DNA from: Microcoleus sp.
GTDB lineage: Bacteria > Cyanobacteriota > Cyanobacteriia > Cyanobacteriales > Microcoleaceae
Assembly (NCBI GenBank): GCA_042408215.1
Contig: JAYFMW010000027.1
Span: forward strand, 1 to 64,000
Length of the DNA: 64,000 bases
Direction of reading: 5' to 3'
A program made the translations under genes and the position numbers. Shown piece after piece: positions 50,156-60,209 of the stretch. The number at the start of each line of letters is the position of its first letter. The first letter of the stretch is position 1. Under the pieces are notes generated by a model, which was not told the DNA's origin, did not search any database, and saw only the letters and a program-made list of their open reading frames with translations.

Positions 50156-53155
50156 CTACAGTTCCCAGAAATTATTTCGCTTTTTAGAAGATTTTCCTTT
50201 CTTACCTTTATGTTTAAAATTTGGCAAGTCTCTCTCTGCATAGTTGAGATTTTGGCGAAGCATTGCAAGGCTTTCCTGACAATAAATAGTTTCAGGATGT
50301 TTCGAGCCTAACTTTCGCTGAAGAATTTTAAAAAGTCGTAGCATTAGGGGTTCTGCTTCAGTATAGCGCTCCTGTTTTAAATAAAAAACAACTAGATTAT
50401 TTAGGCTGTTTTTGACCTGGATATGGTCTTTTCCCAAACAGCTTTCTCTGATTTTCAATGCTTTTATAAATAAAGGCTCCGCTTGGCTGTAGTGACCTTG
50501 ACAGTAATGTAAATAGGCTAGATCGTTCAGGCTACTTGCCACATCAGGATGCTCTTCTCCTAGCCAGCAAATTCTTGTTTTTAAAGCTTGTAAATGCAGA
50601 GGCTCTGCTTCACTATAGCGATCTTGAATATCATATAATGCTGCTAAATGATGTTGAACTGTTGCCACATCAAGATGTTCTTCTCCACAGAAACTTTTTG
50701 TCAGTTCCAAAGCTTGAATAAATAAGGATTCTGCTTCACTGTGACGACTTCTGTCCAGGTAAAACAGCGCTAGATTATTCAGGTGTGTTGCTATATCGGG
50801 GTGATTTTCTCCCACCAACTGCTTTGTTATTTCCAAGGCTAGCTTATAAAACTTTTCCGCTTCAGCGTCGCGTTGCTGATGCTTGTAAATACGTGCTAGA
50901 TAGTTCAGTAAATTAGGCAAGTGGTTAACATCGCTACAGTCTTTGCTCTCCTCTATAGCTCGCATTAATACAAATTTAGCTTTTTCGTATTCATATCGTT
51001 CAAAATATAGTGCTACCAGATGGTTCAAGCAGGTTATTAGAAGAGTTTTGTCTTCTTCACGCCAGTATTTGCTGAGTTCTAAGGCTTGCCAAAACATAGT
51101 TTCAGCCTCATCATAACGACCTTGAAGGTTGTACAGGCTAGCGAGATTGATTAAACTGATTGATACGCAAACATTTTGTTCTCCGAGTAAGCGTTTGTCT
51201 AATTCCAAAGCTTCTACTAATAGGGGCTCAACTTCCCTATAGCGACCTAGAGCTTTGTAGACGCAAGCCAAATTGCTGAGGCTTGTTGCCACTTGGGAAT
51301 GCTCTGACCCAAAATGCGATCGAGTTACGGATAGACATTGCTCTAACCAAGGTAATGCTTGAGCATATAATCCTTGACCTTGATAAAATCGACCCAAGCC
51401 TACAAAAGGCACTGTTAAATACTTGTCATTCAGTAAATCCCTTAACTCTTTGTCTTTGGCTATCTCTGCCACATGGGGAATAGCAGGGGCAGCTATTTGA
51501 ATCTGCTGATAAGTGGGTGAATCAGGGATTTGATCCGCTACTGCCCATGTGGCGTTTACAAATGCTTCTTTAAGTTCATTCACTTCTATTGACTCTTCTC
51601 GCTTCCCCCTCAAAAATTCTCGAATTAGGGGATGCAAACGACAGGCTGTATCACTCGTAGACTTTAGCAGATGGCAATTCAATAAATCAGCTCTAGCTTC
51701 TTCCAAAAGTTCTAAATCAATCTCCTCATCTTCTGAGGTGAGCAGATAATTGTATGCTCCTTTCACTAGCCACCAAGGAATGTCAGCTAAGGCAAATAAA
51801 CTCAGCATACAGCCCAATTTTTGGGCGTTTTCATATAATCGCTCCCAACTCAACTCAAAGGCAGCAGCTACCCCCAATTGGGCAGTCATTGTCGGGTCAG
51901 ATTTTTGGACAGCTATGTGTCTGAGTCGCTTTTCCTCCAGTAAAGACAGCATTGCCTCCAACGACAAATCCCGGCGATTATAAAGATAACACCCCACTAA
52001 TTCCAACCCCAAGGGCAAATAGCCAAGCCACTCACATATTTGTTCGGCAACATCTAATTCCTGTTGAAAGCGATCGCCATCTTCAATCAGCACTTCCAAC
52101 AGTCTCAGTGCCGCCTCTGCTTTCAGTTCATCCAATGGCAAATACGCCAAACCTCGCCCCAACTGTTCCCGCGATGTAATCAGCACCTTAAACCCAGATG
52201 ATTTTGGTGGCAAATAAGGCTTTACCTCCTGCTTGTAGTCTGTGACATCATCGAACGCAATCAGCACATCTCCCGATGGCCAATTTTGCCAGCAGTACCT
52301 CAACTGATTTGGTAAATCAAAATCCTCTGGCGGCTTCAGGTTTAAGAGACTCCGCGCAAAACTAACAATTTGAAGCCCTACATCTCCATTTCTGACATCA
52401 ATCCAACAAACACCGCCGGCACCGTCACCTAACCCCTCTAAATGTCGCTGCCCATAGCGATCGGCAAGTGCTGTTTTGCCAACCCCGCCCATGCCAATAA
52501 TCGCGACAGCAGGAAGATTATTCTGTTGCTGAAACAACTCATCCAGCTTTTCAATATTCTGTTCTCGCCCTACAAACTCCACCACACTGCTGCGAGTAAG
52601 ATTATCGTATTTCTCACGCCTCGGTTTGGCAAAGACTCGCTCCTTTTCCCTCAGAATAACATCGCACTCTTCTGGAGTTGCCGGAAATATTTCCTCATTT
52701 CGCCTGATAAAAACAGTGCCAATAGGATAGCTTTTACTCGGTGTTGTTAAATCTCTGATCGTCCGGTGTAAATGGGGACTCGGCGGGATAGAAACCACGA
52801 AAATATTTTTGCCATCTATCTCAACTTTTTCACAGTGAACATCTGGAATAGGAGGATCGCAGGCAAAGTTCACCCTTTGCAGAATTTGTTTGGGGATTAG
52901 CGGGTTGCTAACATCAAATAAATCTCTCGTACCATCAGACCTTAACTCATCTCCAACCCCTATAATCAGATAGCCTGTTTGATCGGCGGTGTTAAAATTG
53001 CCATTAGTTAGTGATAAAATATCTCTGATGAACTCATCGCGTTGCTGCTTGGCATAATCTTTATTGGGGTGTTTTAGTTTGTGGAGTTCCCGTTTGAAGT
53101 CTAATTTCAAACCTTCTGGCTGGCTGATGAGTTGTCTAAGCTGCTGACTGTCCAT
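50156..53155 (-). CDS. AlbA_2/Schlafen-like domain + NB-ARC (STAND) ATPase + TPR protein
   Basis: EGLKLDFKRE..RDILSLTN..GYLIIGVGD..VFIR; FVGRE, GMGGVGKT, LIAFDDV, LITSR, LGYLPLGL; repeated H..VATSL.NLA TPR units. Confidence 0.88.
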   Translation of the reverse strand: MDSQQLRQLISQPEGLKLDFKRELHKLKHPNKDYAKQQRDEFIRDILSLTNGNFNTADQTGYLIIGVGDELRSDGTRDLFDVSNPLIPKQILQRVNFACDPPIPDVHCEKVEIDGKNIFVVSIPPSPHLHRTIRDLTTPSKSYPIGTVFIRRNEEIFPATPEECDVILREKERVFAKPRREKYDNLTRSSVVEFVGREQNIEKLDELFQQQNNLPAVAIIGMGGVGKTALADRYGQRHLEGLGDGAGGVCWIDVRNGDVGLQIVSFARSLLNLKPPEDFDLPNQLRYCWQNWPSGDVLIAFDDVTDYKQEVKPYLPPKSSGFKVLITSREQLGRGLAYLPLDELKAEAALRLLEVLIEDGDRFQQELDVAEQICEWLGYLPLGLELVGCYLYNRRDLSLEAMLSLLEEKRLRHIAVQKSDPTMTAQLGVAAAFELSWERLYENAQKLGCMLSLFALADIPWWLVKGAYNYLLTSEDEEIDLELLEEARADLLNCHLLKSTSDTACRLHPLIREFLRGKREESIEVNELKEAFVNATWAVADQIPDSPTYQQIQIAAPAIPHVAEIAKDKELRDLLNDKYLTVPFVGLGRFYQGQGLYAQALPWLEQCLSVTRSHFGSEHSQVATSLSNLACVYKALGRYREVEPLLVEALELDKRLLGEQNVCVSISLINLASLYNLQGRYDEAETMFWQALELSKYWREEDKTLLITCLNHLVALYFERYEYEKAKFVLMRAIEESKDCSDVNHLPNLLNYLARIYKHQQRDAEAEKFYKLALEITKQLVGENHPDIATHLNNLALFYLDRSRHSEAESLFIQALELTKSFCGEEHLDVATVQHHLAALYDIQDRYSEAEPLHLQALKTRICWLGEEHPDVASSLNDLAYLHYCQGHYSQAEPLFIKALKIRESCLGKDHIQVKNSLNNLVVFYLKQERYTEAEPLMLRLFKILQRKLGSKHPETIYCQESLAMLRQNLNYAERDLPNFKHKGKKGKSSKKRNNFWEL

Positions 53156-53548
53156 AGTCTATGTCCTCTTTTTTCCAAAAAGCGATCGCCCTCTCTAATT
53201 ATATTCACGCCGTAGACATTCCTCTGGCAAAACACTGGTGGCAGTGGTGGGGTGAAGGTGGCAACATCTAGGCTAACCTGTTCACCTTCAGGTGTGGGTG
53301 TGAATTTTAAGTTATTGGCTGAAACCTATTTAGCTTAAATCCTTTCAGCTACTCTACACCTTACAGCACATTCCATCTAAATGCGATCAAGTAAATTCAT
53401 TCAGCTATCAAAAACCTGTAGGGGCGGGTTCACCAACAGCTTTAAAGAGTGCAGACAGGTTAAATAAACCCGCCCCCACCCCGCGCGAAAGTCCTTGATT
53501 GATATTGGTGCAAGATCTCAGTTATAGCGCATTTCTCAAATCGAGCAT

Positions 53549-54391
53549 TTACGGCGTTTTGTTAACAACCAAACTCTCTAGGATGTCTTTAAACATGGTT
53601 ACGACAATTTGGCGATCGTTATCTCTGACAAAAATATCGTAGTTGGGACTTGAGTTAATTTCAATCAACCAATATTGTCCATTTTTATCTATTCCTACGT
53701 CAAACCCAGCATAATTAATCGTAATTTCTGCAAAAACAGGCTTAACAAAATCTTCAATCTCAGACATGAGATTTGGGTTAATTATATGTTTGGCTTTTGC
53801 ACCTTCCCAGTGCAGCGGGCTTAAATTGCCCGCAAATTCAGCCTGAGATTTGTCTTTTTCGTACAGCAAAACTAGCTTTTCTTTGCAGAATACAGCCCGA
53901 TATTCGTGTTCGATTTCGATATATTCTTGAGCTAGCGCCACATAGTCATAATCTTTGCTGTTGATGTTAAATATAATTTCTAGAGATTCTTTAATTTGCT
54001 CTCTAGTTTCACACAGAAAAACATTGTTGCCGCCAGAACCGCGATTTCTTTTGAGAATCACCGGAAAAGCAAAATTTTTATTTACTTCTAAAACCATTGA
54101 TTCAATATCTGGGAAACTCAAATATTTTTGATACTTTTCTTCACAGTGAGGCGAGACAAAGCCTAGAGTTCTGGGAGTATTGATCTTGCCTTTTAATAGT
54201 TGATAAGTATATTCTTTGTCTTTGAAAATCTGTGCAATTGACGCGCTGTTAAATGGCATCATGTAATTGACAAAGTAATAGTCTTGGCCACCATCTTTGA
54301 TTCTAATCAAGTTTTGGGAATGATGCAGGATTTCGTAAGGGATATTTAATTCCCGACAAGCTTCAAGCAAGATTTGAATGTTCGTTAGCAT
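53549..54391 (-). CDS. RimK-like ATP-grasp protein
   Basis: KDKEYTY, FPVILK..RGSGG, QEYI..EYR, GFD, IEINSSP. Confidence 0.85.
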   Translation of the reverse strand: MLTNIQILLEACRELNIPYEILHHSQNLIRIKDGGQDYYFVNYMMPFNSASIAQIFKDKEYTYQLLKGKINTPRTLGFVSPHCEEKYQKYLSFPDIESMVLEVNKNFAFPVILKRNRGSGGNNVFLCETREQIKESLEIIFNINSKDYDYVALAQEYIEIEHEYRAVFCKEKLVLLYEKDKSQAEFAGNLSPLHWEGAKAKHIINPNLMSEIEDFVKPVFAEITINYAGFDVGIDKNGQYWLIEINSSPNYDIFVRDNDRQIVVTMFKDILESLVVNKTP

Positions 54392-54418
54392 AAAATGTAA
54401 TTTAATTTGAAAGTAGTT

Positions 54419-54658
54419 TAGGACTTACGCACGGGTGGTCAGAAACCGGGTTTTTTAGATCATATCGTTTCCGGTTGCATTGGAATGATACCGAGTGACA
54501 AGACAGTCGTGTCCCTACCCCATTAATTGTAGGGACACGGCACTGCCGTGTCCTCCGTTTATATCATTCCGATGAAGAGAGGATTTTAGATCATATTTCC
54601 TTACCAATCGCAAAAACGGCAAAAAACCCGGTTTCTTTGGTTTTATGCGTAACTCCTA
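54419..54658. mobile_element. nested MITE-like element with TAGGACTTACGCA-type terminal IRs
   Basis: taggacttacgca...tgcgtaactccta encloses an AGAAACCGGG hairpin element, itself interrupted by a REP pair between two tttagatcatat copies. Confidence 0.6.
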
Positions 54659-54723
54659 TAATTTTAAATATTTGAGATTCGAGAATCGATCGCAATTCTC
54701 AAATCTCAAATTCCATCAAATCT

Positions 54724-55413
54724 CTACCCAAACAACCGCTGCTGTCCATTGGCCGCATCTTTCCCCGCATAAATCTCGCGGGTTCCCTTGGGAATATAAA
54801 TCCAGCCGAATTCTTGCAAGCGATTGGTTAAATTGGAAATACTCACTCCCAATTCGTCTCTAATTTTGTATAAATGCGACCACTTGGTTAAATCCTTTCC
54901 TTGTCTTTTATCCTCCAAAATACATCGAGGCATCAACAAACAGCTTGCAAAATATTGCGCTTGCCATTCGATCGATGCAATTTTTGTATCCGCACTCGCA
55001 CCCCGACAAACAAACGGTTCTTCGACATCCGGCGCCGTTTTTTCTCCCTTGCCTAAGTTGAGTTCCAATTGTTCGATCTTACCGTCTGCTTCGTCTTGAT
55101 TGATGTGCAGCACCCAGTGTCCGATTTCGTGGGCGATCGTCGATTCGATGAAGCCTGGGGGTTTTTCTAATATCAATTCGTTGATTTCAATTAACCGCTG
55201 CTGCGGCAAAATTCTCGCCGCGATCGCACCTTCTTCATCCGGCTCAATCCACTCCCAAACTACTCCCAAATCCAGAAAGTCAGCCACCGTTGTCGCATCA
55301 ATTGGCCATCTCGGAGCAAAATTTTGCGTTTTTTGCATCTGCATCAAAATGTCATTTGCCAAACGTTCGATCGATTCTTTGGGGTAGAAGCAATACGGCT
55401 TAAAAATACTCAC
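54724..55413 (-). CDS. ImmA/IrrE family metallo-endopeptidase
   Basis: TIAHEIGHW.LH, EWQAQYFASCLLMP, C-terminal HTH-like LGVS...RL. Confidence 0.92.
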   Translation of the reverse strand: MSIFKPYCFYPKESIERLANDILMQMQKTQNFAPRWPIDATTVADFLDLGVVWEWIEPDEEGAIAARILPQQRLIEINELILEKPPGFIESTIAHEIGHWVLHINQDEADGKIEQLELNLGKGEKTAPDVEEPFVCRGASADTKIASIEWQAQYFASCLLMPRCILEDKRQGKDLTKWSHLYKIRDELGVSISNLTNRLQEFGWIYIPKGTREIYAGKDAANGQQRLFG

Positions 55414-55428
55414 TTTGAGGGCCCTCTC

Positions 55429-55752
55429 TTAGGATTGGAACGACTTTTTGAGCCAATCTGGATTTTCTTGCATCCGGCGGAAAAGAGCCTGCATTTCCTT
55501 CGGATTCTGCTTCAGCAGCGCTTCGTACTGCTGTGGCAGTCTGCCGGCCAGAAAAATTAACTCCTCCTCATTTATATCTAGATTCCGCGCTAGCGATCGG
55601 ATTACCTCCTCTTTTGGCGCATAATCAGCGCGATCGTTCTCCAACTTAGACAAATAAGTAAAGTCCACACTTAGCATACCAGCTAACTCACGTTGTGAGT
55701 AAGCCTTGTCTTTGCGAGCTTGACGGATGAGTCTTCCAAATGTTTGTTCCAC
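55429..55752 (-). CDS. XRE-family HTH repressor
   Basis: GTG start after AGGAGG; FGRLIRQARK...SQRELA..LSVDFTYLSKLEND...LAGRLP. Confidence 0.92.
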   Translation of the reverse strand: MEQTFGRLIRQARKDKAYSQRELAGMLSVDFTYLSKLENDRADYAPKEEVIRSLARNLDINEEELIFLAGRLPQQYEALLKQNPKEMQALFRRMQENPDWLKKSFQS

Positions 55753-55787
55753 GGTTTTTCGCCTCCTGACAAGCATTCTAGCCTGTT

Positions 55788-55867
55788 TTGATGAAAAGTT
55801 CAACAAACTACTTGACGAGAAAATCAACTCAGGCTACTATGAGTTTAGTTGACGGTTTCGTCAACTA
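55788..55867 (+). promoter_or_regulatory. sigma70-type promoter overlapped by three TTGA-N8-TCAA boxes
   Basis: -35 TTGACG 55812-17, 17-bp spacer, -10 TACTAT 55835-40; boxes at 55788-803, 55812-827, 55849-864. Confidence 0.8.
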
Positions 55868-56006
55868 TTTTGACCGCACTGGTAGGGTTAACAGTGGAGA
55901 TCAGCCGAGCCAACACGCTATATATAGCGCGATCAACCGTTCGAGGAGTGAGAACCGCGAGCAGTCAAAACCCTTGTAAACAGCAAATAAGGAGGAATGG
56001 TCGCAA

Positions 56007-56273
56007 ATGCTCAGAACCTGGACAGACACGCATTACCAGCTCGAAGACGATGACTGGCTATACATTGCCACTCACGAAGAACAAAGCTCGGCCTCACTTG
56101 TTTGTCCCGGCTACGCGCGGGATGGCGAAGGCTTTAGCATCCACTTCACGCCAGCGCACTTAGAAATGTTGGAGCATTTGCTCGCCGCGCTGCGGATTAT
56201 GAAAGCTCAACAGGAGGCGATGCTTGAGTACACATATCCAGAACCAAAAACAGCAAAACATCTCATGAGGTAA
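56007..56273 (+). CDS. hypothetical protein
   Basis: 88 aa, AAGGAGG RBS upstream. Confidence 0.7.
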   Translation: MLRTWTDTHYQLEDDDWLYIATHEEQSSASLVCPGYARDGEGFSIHFTPAHLEMLEHLLAALRIMKAQQEAMLEYTYPEPKTAKHLMR

Positions 56274-56532
56274 TTGGGAATTGGGAATTGGTAATTGGGA
56301 ATTGGGAATTGGGAATTGGGAATTGGGAATTGCTAATTGGGAATTGCTAATTGGTAAAGAAACTTGATAGAAACCGGGTTTTTTGCCGTTTCTGCGGTCT
56401 GTAACGAGTATTCTCGCAAAAAAACCCGGTTTCTGACTACCCGTGCGTAAGTCCTAAAAAAGGAAGAAAAATAATTTTATAATTCCCAATTCCCGAGCCG
56501 CCGTAAATCAATAATTCAAGGAAAAATCAACC

Positions 56533-57234
56533 ATGACTAAAATACAAGAAAGACCAGCATTTTCAGTATTTGGTGCTAAACCGAGTAATGCTTTGCTAGT
56601 ACCAGAAATCCCGATCGCCGTCCGAAACAACTGTCAAATTGGCCAATGGGCGATCGGCGATACCGATTATGGTAGCAAATGCTCAATGACGATTCTCAAA
56701 TTCTCCAAATTCTTCGGCTCCCTCGGCCAAACTTCCCACACATTATGGGGACAACTCTGGTTTGTCGCAGAAAGCGGCGAATTGCCGCAAGGAGTTGTCA
56801 TGGTGACATACATCAAAAACCGCAGTTTGAACGATTTTAACGGCTTAGTTGTTTCTGTGCAATCTCGCGGAGTAGAGCCAGCTACGGGTATTTTCATTCC
56901 CGAATTTACCCAGCATTCCGGCGAAAAACCAGATGACAGCGGATTCGTTAAACCAATCAATTATTACAGCTTAAAATGGTCGTGGGCGGAGCGTAATGAC
57001 TGGGCAATTATCGACCAAGCAGCAGCAGTTTTGTCCGATATGAGCAATCAATCTCGGATGATTGATTTGGAAGGAACGCGGCAAATGGTGTGTTTGGATA
57101 ATCTCCCTCCCCAGGAAGTTGCCTGTTTGATGGCGGCTCAAGCTAACGGTGAAACTGATGCTATTAGTTTGAATTCTAACGGCGCTATGTCGTTGTCGCC
57201 AGCCGCAGACAAATCAACTGCTGACTTGTTCTAA
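56533..57234 (+). CDS. hypothetical beta-rich protein
   Basis: 233 aa, AAGGA RBS, acidic tail ending DLF; followed by perfect hairpin ttgtcaaggcgcgat-caa-atcgcgccttgacaa. Confidence 0.75.
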   Translation: MTKIQERPAFSVFGAKPSNALLVPEIPIAVRNNCQIGQWAIGDTDYGSKCSMTILKFSKFFGSLGQTSHTLWGQLWFVAESGELPQGVVMVTYIKNRSLNDFNGLVVSVQSRGVEPATGIFIPEFTQHSGEKPDDSGFVKPINYYSLKWSWAERNDWAIIDQAAAVLSDMSNQSRMIDLEGTRQMVCLDNLPPQEVACLMAAQANGETDAISLNSNGAMSLSPAADKSTADLF

Positions 57235-57429
57235 TTCTGTTGTCAAGGCGCGATCAAATCGCGCCTTGACAATAATTATTACTGCTTGGATAAAATGCAG
57301 AAAATAACGAACATACACCAACCACATAACTTGCTCTCAAACCGTTTGATAGCTAATTGATAGCCGATCGCTCAAATCCGATCCGATGCTGTGAATGCTC
57401 TCGCAAGTCTCACATAAACTTGCCTACAC

Positions 57430-57663
57430 ATGGCTTTAGTTACCGAAGCATTTAAGCAAAATTACCAAATTGTTTTCTCGCAAAATCACTTGCCAAAAAC
57501 TACAATTTTGTGTATAATTGATGAGTGCAACTGCGAAGGAAATAATCGGTGCGATCGCTGTCAGCGAATTCTCCAAATTCTAGCAGGTAACAATCCAGAA
57601 CAAAAACTAGATCCAGTCCTGAAATACCAAGCCATCCTTACCCAAATCCGCAAGTTAGGATAA
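57430..57663 (+). CDS. small Cys-rich hypothetical protein
   Basis: 77 aa, C.C...C..C cluster, possible metal site. Confidence 0.55.
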   Translation: MALVTEAFKQNYQIVFSQNHLPKTTILCIIDECNCEGNNRCDRCQRILQILAGNNPEQKLDPVLKYQAILTQIRKLG

Positions 57664-57719
57664 CTACAACCGTTCCCCAAAAAAGTCTAAACAAGTTACA
57701 ACAATCAGGAGAAACCATT

Positions 57720-58697
57720 ATGACACTAGGAACTACGAAGGACAGCAAAGCCAAGATTTTGCGAACTTTTCAGCAAATTTTAGCTGACAATAAAAACATC
57801 GAATCCAAAGTAGAAACCAAAGAACAGGAAGCTGATAAAGCCAAAAATAAACAACTCCTGGAAGTCGCTTCTACCTACACAATTGATAGTATTGTCAAAG
57901 GTTTAGCCGACTTGCAATTAGATTTTGGCAGCATCATCAGCGGACTTTCGGAAAAACTGAGCGCTGAATCATCAAAATTAGACGAATTAAAGCGTGCCAT
58001 TGAAATAGAAACAGCACAATTGCAAGAATTGCAGCAAATTCGAGTTGTAGCAGACGCGCTCTACATTTTAACGCAAGAACATCAAGAGAAAATAACAGCC
58101 TTAGAGCAAAGTGCAGCTACGCAGCGCGAAGTCATCGAAAAAGATACGACCCAAAAACGCAAAGTTTGGCAAAAAGAACAGCAAGAGTTTGACACAGCAA
58201 TTCAAGAAGAAATTGCACTAACAACGAAAGAACGTCAGCGGGAAACAGCAGATTATCGCTACGAATTAGAACGCACCCGCAAAGTCGAAACTGACGAATA
58301 CGAAGAAACAAAACGCAAACTAGAACGGGACTTGCAGCAATCTACTCGTGAAAAAGAGAAAAATTGGGTAGAACGTGAAAAATTACTGAGTGACAATCAA
58401 GCTGAGTTTGAAGCGAATCAAAAGAAAGCGGCTGGATTTGAAGAAGAACTGAAACAGGCTTATGTTAAAGCCAAGGAAGAAGCTATTCAGGAAGTTTCTC
58501 GCGAGGCTAAAGTCAAGGCTGATTTGGTGGAGAAAGAATGGGAAGGAACTAAGCAGGGATATGAATTGAAAGTGCAATCTTTGCAGCAGACTATTGAGCG
58601 ACAAACTGCACAAATTGCGGAAATATCTGCACAATTGCAAGGGACGATGAAGCAATCGCAAGATTTGGCGATGAAAGCTTTTGCTACTAAAGCTTAA
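57720..58697 (+). CDS. coiled-coil-rich protein (paralog 1)
   Basis: E/K/Q-rich; LQL.FG....LSEKL..E.SKL.EL and QDLA.KA shared with the next gene. Confidence 0.85.
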   Translation: MTLGTTKDSKAKILRTFQQILADNKNIESKVETKEQEADKAKNKQLLEVASTYTIDSIVKGLADLQLDFGSIISGLSEKLSAESSKLDELKRAIEIETAQLQELQQIRVVADALYILTQEHQEKITALEQSAATQREVIEKDTTQKRKVWQKEQQEFDTAIQEEIALTTKERQRETADYRYELERTRKVETDEYEETKRKLERDLQQSTREKEKNWVEREKLLSDNQAEFEANQKKAAGFEEELKQAYVKAKEEAIQEVSREAKVKADLVEKEWEGTKQGYELKVQSLQQTIERQTAQIAEISAQLQGTMKQSQDLAMKAFATKA

Positions 58698-58823
58698 AGA
58701 TTACTCGGCGGTTGAAACTCGGCGGTTGAAACCGCTCCTTGTCAAACGAAGTCCGCCGACGCGGACTAAGGATTTTAATTGAAACCAGACCAAATTTTCC
58801 GAACTATTAGGAGATGAAGAGTT

Positions 58824-59921
58824 GTGAATAAAAAAGTAAGTGATAAGAACACCAAGGCTGAAATCTTGGAAGCGTACAAGGAAGTAACAGAAGCAAAGGC
58901 TGCTTTAGAATCGCAACTGAAGCAGCTTAATCACGGCAAATCTGCCAATGTTTCCGAACAGCCAACAGCAGTCCCAGAAAAATCAATTGTTGAGGTAAAT
59001 AAATCAATGACTTTAGTGGAAAATAAAGAAAGAATGCAGTCTACGATCGACAATTTAATCTTACTGCAATTTGGCTTTGGTGGCGCTGTCAGCGAACTGT
59101 CTGAAAAACTGACATCGGAAGCGTCTAAACTGGAGGAATTGCGGCGAACTGTAGGGGAAGAAATTCAACATCTTCAAGAGTTGCATAATTTAGAAGATGT
59201 TGCAGAAGATACGCTGGATAATTTAATCCAACAATACGAAGAAAGCGCGAAAACATTTGCTGACGAAATCAGCCAGCAGCGCGAAACTGTTGAACAGGAT
59301 TTGCTGTCACGGCGGCAAGCTTGGGAAAAAGAGCAAGAAGTGCAAAAATTAGCTGTCAAAGAACGTAACGATAACCAGAATAAATCTCGTCAGCGAGATG
59401 AAGAATCCTATTGTTATGATTTGCATCTCCAGCGAAATCTGGATAGTGAAGAATATGAACAGCGCCAGCAAACGCTGTACAAAGAAATCGAAGAGTTTCA
59501 ACAAGAACAAGAGAAACAATGGACTGAACGGGAGAAATCTATTTCGGAACGCGAAAAACTCTATGCTGAGGTGAAAGCTAAGGTGGAAGCTTTTCCGAAA
59601 GAACTGGAAGCTAATATCAAGAATGGCAAAGATAATGGTCGCAATATCGGCAATTATCAAGCTAAAATTAAGTCGGATTTGTTGATGAAAGAAATGGAAG
59701 GACAAAAGCAAAATTACGAGTTGCAAATTCAAGGTATGTTGCAGACTATTCAAAATCAAGAGTCTCGGATTGCTAGCTTGTCGAAACAACTGGATTCTGC
59801 GTTGAAACAGGTGCAAGATTTGGCGGTGAAGGCTATTGAAGGTGCGTCGAATTTGAAATCTTTTGAAGCGGTTAAGGAAATTGCGATCGAACAAGCTAAG
59901 ACTCAGCAGAAAAATAAGTAA
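58824..59921 (+). CDS. coiled-coil-rich protein (paralog 2)
   Basis: KNTKAEILEAY, LQFGFG....LSEKLTSEASKLEEL, QVQDLAVKAIEGAS. Confidence 0.85.
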   Translation: MNKKVSDKNTKAEILEAYKEVTEAKAALESQLKQLNHGKSANVSEQPTAVPEKSIVEVNKSMTLVENKERMQSTIDNLILLQFGFGGAVSELSEKLTSEASKLEELRRTVGEEIQHLQELHNLEDVAEDTLDNLIQQYEESAKTFADEISQQRETVEQDLLSRRQAWEKEQEVQKLAVKERNDNQNKSRQRDEESYCYDLHLQRNLDSEEYEQRQQTLYKEIEEFQQEQEKQWTEREKSISEREKLYAEVKAKVEAFPKELEANIKNGKDNGRNIGNYQAKIKSDLLMKEMEGQKQNYELQIQGMLQTIQNQESRIASLSKQLDSALKQVQDLAVKAIEGASNLKSFEAVKEIAIEQAKTQQKNK

Positions 59922-60209
59922 TCAGTTAGCCTGAAACGGATACGGATACACGGATCGCATAAATTATCCGTGTATCTGTGTTAAGATCTGTGTGGCGAAC
60001 TCTTTCCCTTAGTCCAGTTGCCAAACTGTCTACTCCCACCGTAGTCCTCCGAGAGCTTCAAACCCTATCTACAGCGTTCTATTTTTTAGTCAAAAGCCCG
60101 ATCGCCCTGTGCACTTATCCAAACTGTCCCTATCTCTCCCGATCGCTTAATTTATACTCTCTATTCTTGAAGTTAATCAACCAAAAGATTTATTTGAAAC
60201 CGAGGGATT

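Noticed and set aside
53549..54391. ATP-grasp enzyme as a microviridin/graspetide cluster
   Set aside because: No precursor with a recognisable leader or core motif, and no second ligase or transporter nearby.
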